From IMG/VR virus record IMGVR_UViG_3300032281_000691, positions 1 through 32,396 of that record: a DNA stretch of 32,396 bases; one strand, given 5' to 3'. The stretch is from a virus (Duplodnaviria; Caudoviricetes). The position numbers and the translations under genes are program-made. The notes under the pieces were generated by a model. That model searched no databases. It had not been told where the DNA came from and saw only the letters and a list, made by a program, of their open reading frames with translations. Positions 25,422 through 32,396 of the stretch are shown here, in pieces (position 1 is the first letter of the stretch; the number at the start of each line of letters is the position of its first letter).

Positions 25422-26069
25422 TCAGATATTTCTTAGGAAATGCTTAAAAAGACTTAAAGCTCTTTCCTCTAATTTTCGTTTTGGTGTTTTTTTAAGTTTA
25501 TTATGGTATTCTGAAATTTGTTGTTCTTTCAAAATGCCGTTATCCCAAATCCATTCTTTACCTTCCATGATGCCATTTACAAATGCGCCAGGGGCAGATG
25601 GATCTGCAACAATATCAATAGCAGAAAGAGTAAAGTCCTTTTGAACGATATTTACTCCATTGATTTTTTGCAATGAACCCATTCCTCTTGAAGAAACACC
25701 AAGACATGCACCTTCATCAATTAAATTTTTGACAATAGCACCCATAGGGGTTTCTGTGAGAATTTTTGCCTTGCCGATAAAATCATTACCGCTTTTCTTC
25801 ATTTCGGTTATCATATGACAAACCTTATCAAGATTTACGGTCGGACTCGTTGGGTGATTTAATTCACCCATGGCTCTATTCTTTATAATGTAATTATTAG
25901 TGTATCTTCCAATTTCTTCTGAAAGAATAGAAAGGGGATACATTCTACCGTTACGATTAACGGTTTCTGCTTGAAGCATTATTCCTTCTATAAAATAGGA
26001 CTTTTTACCGTCCTCACGAGCTTCAATTAGAGGTTTTACATCCTCAGTATGCTCTGTGATTAATTTCAT
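25422..26069 (-). CDS. gp21: Prohead protease gp21
   Basis: MKLITE, NRNGRMYP, GELNHP, LGVSSRGMGSL, DIVADPSAPGAFVNGIME. Confidence 0.97.
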   Translation of the reverse strand: MKLITEHTEDVKPLIEAREDGKKSYFIEGIMLQAETVNRNGRMYPLSILSEEIGRYTNNYIIKNRAMGELNHPTSPTVNLDKVCHMITEMKKSGNDFIGKAKILTETPMGAIVKNLIDEGACLGVSSRGMGSLQKINGVNIVQKDFTLSAIDIVADPSAPGAFVNGIMEGKEWIWDNGILKEQQISEYHNKLKKTPKRKLEERALSLFKHFLRNI

Positions 26070-26071
26070 TA

Positions 26072-26611
26072 TTAATTACCCCTGTTAATTGCTGCTGCTA
26101 TTGCTGCTCTTCGTTTTGCTAGATATGCATCGCTTTCGTCTTCATCATTATCATTATCAACGTCACCATCTTCTTCGCCAACCGGATCTAGTTGTTGTTC
26201 TTCTGCTAACAATTCATATTCTCTGATAACTTCTTCAGCTATAAATTCAATTTCTTCTTGTGTTAGCTGCTTTCCTTCTTGCTCTTGAATATAATCTACT
26301 AGATCGGAAATTGTGCTATAGAGTTCATATTCAAATTGTTCATTCATTTCTTCGGATGAATCATTTTCTGCATCAGATTCTTCATCATCATTATCATCTT
26401 CGTCCTCTGAATCTTCAGAATCATCCTCTTCATCTTCCTCTTCATCTTCATCCTCTTTTTTCTCATTAAAAACTGTTGGTGCGTATTCCATTAGTTTTTC
26501 TTCTAATGCTTTTCCAAGTTTAGCATATAGATTGTCTTCAATTAACTGCTTTGCCTTCACAATTTCTTCATTTATCATTAAAGTTATTGCATTCTTGAGT
26601 TCGGTGTTCAT
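26072..26611 (-). CDS. Acidic prohead core protein (gp67/gp68 position)
   Basis: Lies between portal and protease; very Asp/Glu-rich; AGGAG RBS and a late promoter upstream; C-terminal LDPVGEEDGDVDNDNDEDESDAYL motif. Confidence 0.7.
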   Translation of the reverse strand: MNTELKNAITLMINEEIVKAKQLIEDNLYAKLGKALEEKLMEYAPTVFNEKKEDEDEEEDEEDDSEDSEDEDDNDDEESDAENDSSEEMNEQFEYELYSTISDLVDYIQEQEGKQLTQEEIEFIAEEVIREYELLAEEQQLDPVGEEDGDVDNDNDEDESDAYLAKRRAAIAAAINRGN

Positions 26612-26635
26612 ATAATTCTCCTGTTATTATTTATG

Positions 26636-26643
26636 TATTTATA
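26636..26643 (-). promoter_or_regulatory. T4-type late promoter TATAAATA
   Basis: Exact TATAAATA just after the portal stop, with a tandem CATAAATA at 26628-26635. Confidence 0.75.
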
Positions 26644-26645
26644 TT

Positions 26646-28220
26646 TTATTCTTCTTCTGGGGGTGGTTCTTCACCTTCTACCCCTTGTTCCTGTTGCTGC
26701 ATCATTTGTTGTTCAAGCGCGGCCGCCTGTTCATTTTGCATTTGTTGGTTAATTTCTTGGATTTCTTCGTCTGTTTGCTTGAGGATATTCTTTCTTAACC
26801 ATTCATTTGAATAAAATTGACCAACATAATTTGCCATTATATTCAACATATCCACTTTTTCTCTTAAAATTTCATTTTCCTTTAAATCGCTAAAGAATGA
26901 ATCTTTATTCCAAACAAAGTAAATGTCCTGATTAATTTTTGACCAATCGGATTCGGTCATAATTCCCTTTAGCAAAACTTGCTTCTTTAAAAGATCCACG
27001 AACAATAAAGAGAACCGCTTTCTTAGTTTTTCTATAAACTTAAAGAAAAGAACTTCATCTCTGGTTATTTCTGTAGAACGACCAAGACTAAACCCGGTGG
27101 TAGTTTCCATGCGACTGATAGGAACATTTAGTGCTCTATAGACTTTCTTTAAAAGATAATCTACATCTTCTAATTGTCCTAAATTTTGGCCACCTTCTAG
27201 GGTTGCAACTTCAGTTCCTCTACCACCTTCGCGTCTCGGAATCCAATAATCCTCAAGCATGGACATGTGATTTCTTTCGTCTTTGATTTCACCTGTTCTG
27301 CTATCGTAGGTTATTTTATTTCTATACTTATTCATTAACGATGCAATGTACTGTTCTGCCTTTTGTTTTGGAAGATTACCGACATCAACATAGAATATTC
27401 TTCTATCTGGTGCTCTTGACATTCTATAAATTACAATTGCATCTTCTATTTGACGCAACATGTTAACAGGACGAATTGCTTTATGAACATAACCGACAAC
27501 TCGTTTTGTTGTGCTATCCACTATACCACTATGCAGATATGAGATAGAATCTACTGCAATTTTAATACCTTGAGATGTCGTTGGTGTTAATGAATCTGTG
27601 TCTAGATCGGTATAAACAAAAAACTCATCAATCTTTTTAACAACTGCAACTGATCCAGTATTTGCAGTTTTAATTTCTTTTTCTACTTTACGGATCTTTT
27701 TGATCTTTGTTGGATCTATTCCTCTTAGTTCTATTATGCCCTTTTGAGGTTGTTCTAGATCTATGATAACATGGAAATATAATTTAGAATCGATATACCA
27801 TCGTCTAAAAATTTCGTCTCCTTTGTTATTAAAATCTAATAGTTTTTTAATGTATTTAAATTCAGTTTGTAGTTTAGATTTAATATTCTCTGATAAAAAA
27901 GTAATATTATCTAAATTCATTTGGACTGCTTCATTTTCATCATTAAAAACAACTGCATCATTTACTATGTCTTGAATTGCCTTATCTACTTCTGGATAAA
28001 GTGCCATAGAACGATATTGTTGAATTAGTGTATTTTCTTCAGTTAATGAACCACCAAAATCAAAATAACTACTAAGAATTCCACCTGTTTCAATTACATA
28101 AGTACCATCATAATCTTCTGGTGAAATGAATGAGGGTTGGGTCTTTGGAACCTCAACCCCCTCCATTTCATCAGTTTTTTTCTTACCAAAAGAAAAACCA
28201 AAATAATCGCTTAATGCCAT
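26646..28220 (-). CDS. gp20: Portal protein gp20
   Basis: FRRWYID, IEDAIVIYRMSRAPDRRIFYVDVGNLPK, MLEDYWIPRREGGRGTEV, ITRDEVLF. Confidence 0.98.
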   Translation of the reverse strand: MALSDYFGFSFGKKKTDEMEGVEVPKTQPSFISPEDYDGTYVIETGGILSSYFDFGGSLTEENTLIQQYRSMALYPEVDKAIQDIVNDAVVFNDENEAVQMNLDNITFLSENIKSKLQTEFKYIKKLLDFNNKGDEIFRRWYIDSKLYFHVIIDLEQPQKGIIELRGIDPTKIKKIRKVEKEIKTANTGSVAVVKKIDEFFVYTDLDTDSLTPTTSQGIKIAVDSISYLHSGIVDSTTKRVVGYVHKAIRPVNMLRQIEDAIVIYRMSRAPDRRIFYVDVGNLPKQKAEQYIASLMNKYRNKITYDSRTGEIKDERNHMSMLEDYWIPRREGGRGTEVATLEGGQNLGQLEDVDYLLKKVYRALNVPISRMETTTGFSLGRSTEITRDEVLFFKFIEKLRKRFSLLFVDLLKKQVLLKGIMTESDWSKINQDIYFVWNKDSFFSDLKENEILREKVDMLNIMANYVGQFYSNEWLRKNILKQTDEEIQEINQQMQNEQAAALEQQMMQQQEQGVEGEEPPPEEE

Positions 28221-28245
28221 AATTTAAACTTTCTATTACTTTCTA

Positions 28246-28872
28246 TTACCGACGAGGTGCGAGCCCAGATTGCTGTCCAGATGATTGTGCTGAATCTGCA
28301 CCAGTTGTTTGAGCACTACCATCTGCACCAACATAGTCCCAGTAATCATATGCAAATGTTACTGGAAACTCACTAAATTGGTCAACATTATCGTAACTAA
28401 GTTGCAATTCGCCAACATCGATTGGGAAGCAGTTGTATAGTTTAACTCTCTTGCCCCAAGATGATTGGTTATTGTGATTTGTTGGACCTTGTCCACCCTG
28501 CAAATCATTCCATGCAATGACTGCATCAGAAACTATATTATATCTAATATCATGTGTTTCTGCAGTATTCATTGCTTCTATCCATTTCATCATTAGGTTA
28601 CGAATGTCGCTATTTCCTCCTGCATTTTCATCATACAATTGAATAGTCCAGTCAGCAAAAGTTCTTTCTCCTGAAAATTTGATAACTCTACCCATCCAAG
28701 GCACAGGAATTACACCAATCGATGCAGTTGGTAATGCAGTTGCTTTTCCATAGAGATCCAATCTTAAAGTATTACCATTTCCAATCTCACTAGGAAGATC
28801 CAACTGAATAGCAAATCTATTGTTTCTAGTTCCTCTAAATTGTGATCTAAAGTCATTTATGCCAATTGCCAT
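28246..28872 (-). CDS. gp19: Tail tube protein gp19
   Basis: KATALP, VPWMGRVIKFSGERTFADWTI, FPIDVGELQLSYD, EFPVTFAYDYW. Confidence 0.93.
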   Translation of the reverse strand: MAIGINDFRSQFRGTRNNRFAIQLDLPSEIGNGNTLRLDLYGKATALPTASIGVIPVPWMGRVIKFSGERTFADWTIQLYDENAGGNSDIRNLMMKWIEAMNTAETHDIRYNIVSDAVIAWNDLQGGQGPTNHNNQSSWGKRVKLYNCFPIDVGELQLSYDNVDQFSEFPVTFAYDYWDYVGADGSAQTTGADSAQSSGQQSGLAPRR

Positions 28873-28896
28873 ATTTCTCTCTCCTTCTTATAGTAA

Positions 28897-28904
28897 TATC
28901 TATA
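28897..28904 (-). promoter_or_regulatory. Variant late promoter TATAGATA upstream of gp19
   Basis: TATAGATA in the 36-nt gp18-gp19 gap, upstream of an AAGGAG RBS. Confidence 0.55.
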
Positions 28905-28908
28905 CTCT

Positions 28909-30147
28909 TTAAGCACGAGCTGATAAATCATCATTTAGATTTTTATTAGTGAATGTAATTCTAACGTAATTGATTGCTATTGTTGGTTTGACTAAGATAT
29001 CGGCTACAAAGATTCTTGCCTGAACTAGTTCAGGTGGATTATTTGTTTCGTCGCATATGATTCTAAAATCAGTGATGCCTCTTTGACCTTTCACTGTATT
29101 TAGAACAGTGCTGGCAGCAAGAACGAATCGTGATCTAGTAATTGCATCATTAATTTCGAATAGAATACTTCTTGCGATTGGATTAATTACTTTTCTTAGA
29201 TAGATGAACAATCTAGAAACATTGATTCTAGAAAGAGTTGAGGTATCTGCTTGTCCAGTTTTATCACCGAAAAGAAGTGTTCCTTCACCGGGGAAAGTTA
29301 CCACTGGATTAATACCCGCATCAAAGAGAGTGTCTTGCTGTGTAACTGATGGATTTTCCAATAAACGAACAACATTTAAAATTCTTCCTCTTACTCTACC
29401 TGCAGGGGAGAACCAGGGGAATGAATCTCTATCGCATCTAGTTATACAACCAGCAACATCTGGAGTCAGATTTGTTAGAATTAGTTTAGTTGCATCCAAA
29501 GCGCCTTGACCAACACCATTTAGGTGATATTTTGATCCGGCAACATTTACAAAGAATTCAGTTTCTGTTCCGCTAACTTTAGATGTATCAGTTACACTTC
29601 TATGAACAACGCCGAGTGCAGGAAGTTCAGATATTGATTTAGCATCTGTTAGAGTGATTAAGTCTTGCTCATAACCAGTTGCAGTATCACCCATGAATGC
29701 TACATCAAAATTAATGTCTTTAAGAGAAGCTAGATTATCTGTAGTATTGGATACAGTTCCAGTATTTCCAACAAAGCATGCTCCACCATATTGAAGGAAG
29801 TTGTGAACCGCCCACCATTCTTTTTGCCAAGGTTTAGTGGCCCCTGCCCCGCCGATATCAATATGCTCGGCCGCGCAGGCGCCTATTGCTGCCTGTAGGG
29901 TTGCTCCATACCAATATCCAGAACTTAATCCTTTTAGATTATTTTCTGTATAAGTCTTTAGTCTACCAAACCAATCCTGAATGCTTTCGGCAAGCAAAAG
30001 ACCTTGTTGTTTTTCTCCGGTTATTCCTAAGTCATGTGCAAGTCTATTACGAGAAACCATAGCACCACGACCGGGACTTGTATTTTCCCCGATTGGTGCC
30101 ACTAACGATTCATCTATTACCTTTATCGAAACATTTGGTCGTGCCAT
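28909..30147 (-). CDS. gp18: Tail sheath protein gp18 (short form, 412 aa)
   Basis: NFLQYG, PWFSPAG, INPVVTFPGEGTLLFGDKT, RINVSRLF, FEINDAITRSRF, CDETNNPP, KPTIAINYV. Confidence 0.93.
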   Translation of the reverse strand: MARPNVSIKVIDESLVAPIGENTSPGRGAMVSRNRLAHDLGITGEKQQGLLLAESIQDWFGRLKTYTENNLKGLSSGYWYGATLQAAIGACAAEHIDIGGAGATKPWQKEWWAVHNFLQYGGACFVGNTGTVSNTTDNLASLKDINFDVAFMGDTATGYEQDLITLTDAKSISELPALGVVHRSVTDTSKVSGTETEFFVNVAGSKYHLNGVGQGALDATKLILTNLTPDVAGCITRCDRDSFPWFSPAGRVRGRILNVVRLLENPSVTQQDTLFDAGINPVVTFPGEGTLLFGDKTGQADTSTLSRINVSRLFIYLRKVINPIARSILFEINDAITRSRFVLAASTVLNTVKGQRGITDFRIICDETNNPPELVQARIFVADILVKPTIAINYVRITFTNKNLNDDLSARA

Positions 30148-30183
30148 TTTTTAATCTCCTTTAAATAAAATGTGGTTTCCAAA

Positions 30184-30191
30184 TATGTATA
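30184..30191 (-). promoter_or_regulatory. Variant late promoter TATACATA upstream of gp18
   Basis: TATACATA in the gp17-gp18 gap, upstream of an AAGGAG RBS. Confidence 0.55.
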
Positions 30192-30204
30192 TTTTTCGAT
30201 ATCT

Positions 30205-32396
<2,192 letters not shown>

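Noticed and set aside
26350-26460. TCATCT/TCTTCA-like repeats in the core protein gene
   Set aside because: Explained by the Asp/Glu-rich coding sequence; not a CRISPR array or DNA-level repeat.
28228-28247. 10-bp tandem repeat ACTTTCTATT x2 between gp19 and gp20
   Set aside because: Only two copies in AT-rich DNA; probably a slippage duplication with no evident function.

Overview
A 32.4 kb AT-rich segment of a T4-like (myovirus) bacteriophage genome; every credible gene is on the minus strand. In transcription order (right to left): small terminase gp16 (cut by the window edge), gp17, a short tail sheath gp18, gp19, portal gp20, an acidic prohead core protein, gp21, gp22, major capsid gp23, a terminator, gp3, uvsY, uvsW and a conserved hypothetical gene. 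Next is a largely translationally coupled run: gp55, gp47, a SET-domain protein, gp46, a PLP-dependent enzyme, an SPPY-type methyltransferase and two hypotheticals. Then rnh, a 59-aa ORF, gp45, gp44, gp62, three small accessory ORFs and a terminator. Last, regA sits behind a T4 late promoter, heading about 7 kb of glycosyltransferase and nucleotide-sugar genes (two GT10 domains, GT2, GT-A and GT34-like proteins, RfbH/E1 3-dehydrase, and an NAD-dependent dehydratase cut by the left edge). Most notable: (1) the coupled PLP enzyme plus methyltransferase pair, a candidate DNA hypermodification system; (2) a SET lysine methyltransferase between gp47 and gp46; (3) an apparently late-expressed 3,6-dideoxyhexose glycosylation operon; (4) an antisense sigma70 promoter followed by repeats phased at 9-10 bp, a candidate origin; (5) recurrent leaderless promoters and a relaxed TATANATA late-promoter consensus. 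All calls come from motif recognition and synteny by eye; no database search was run.
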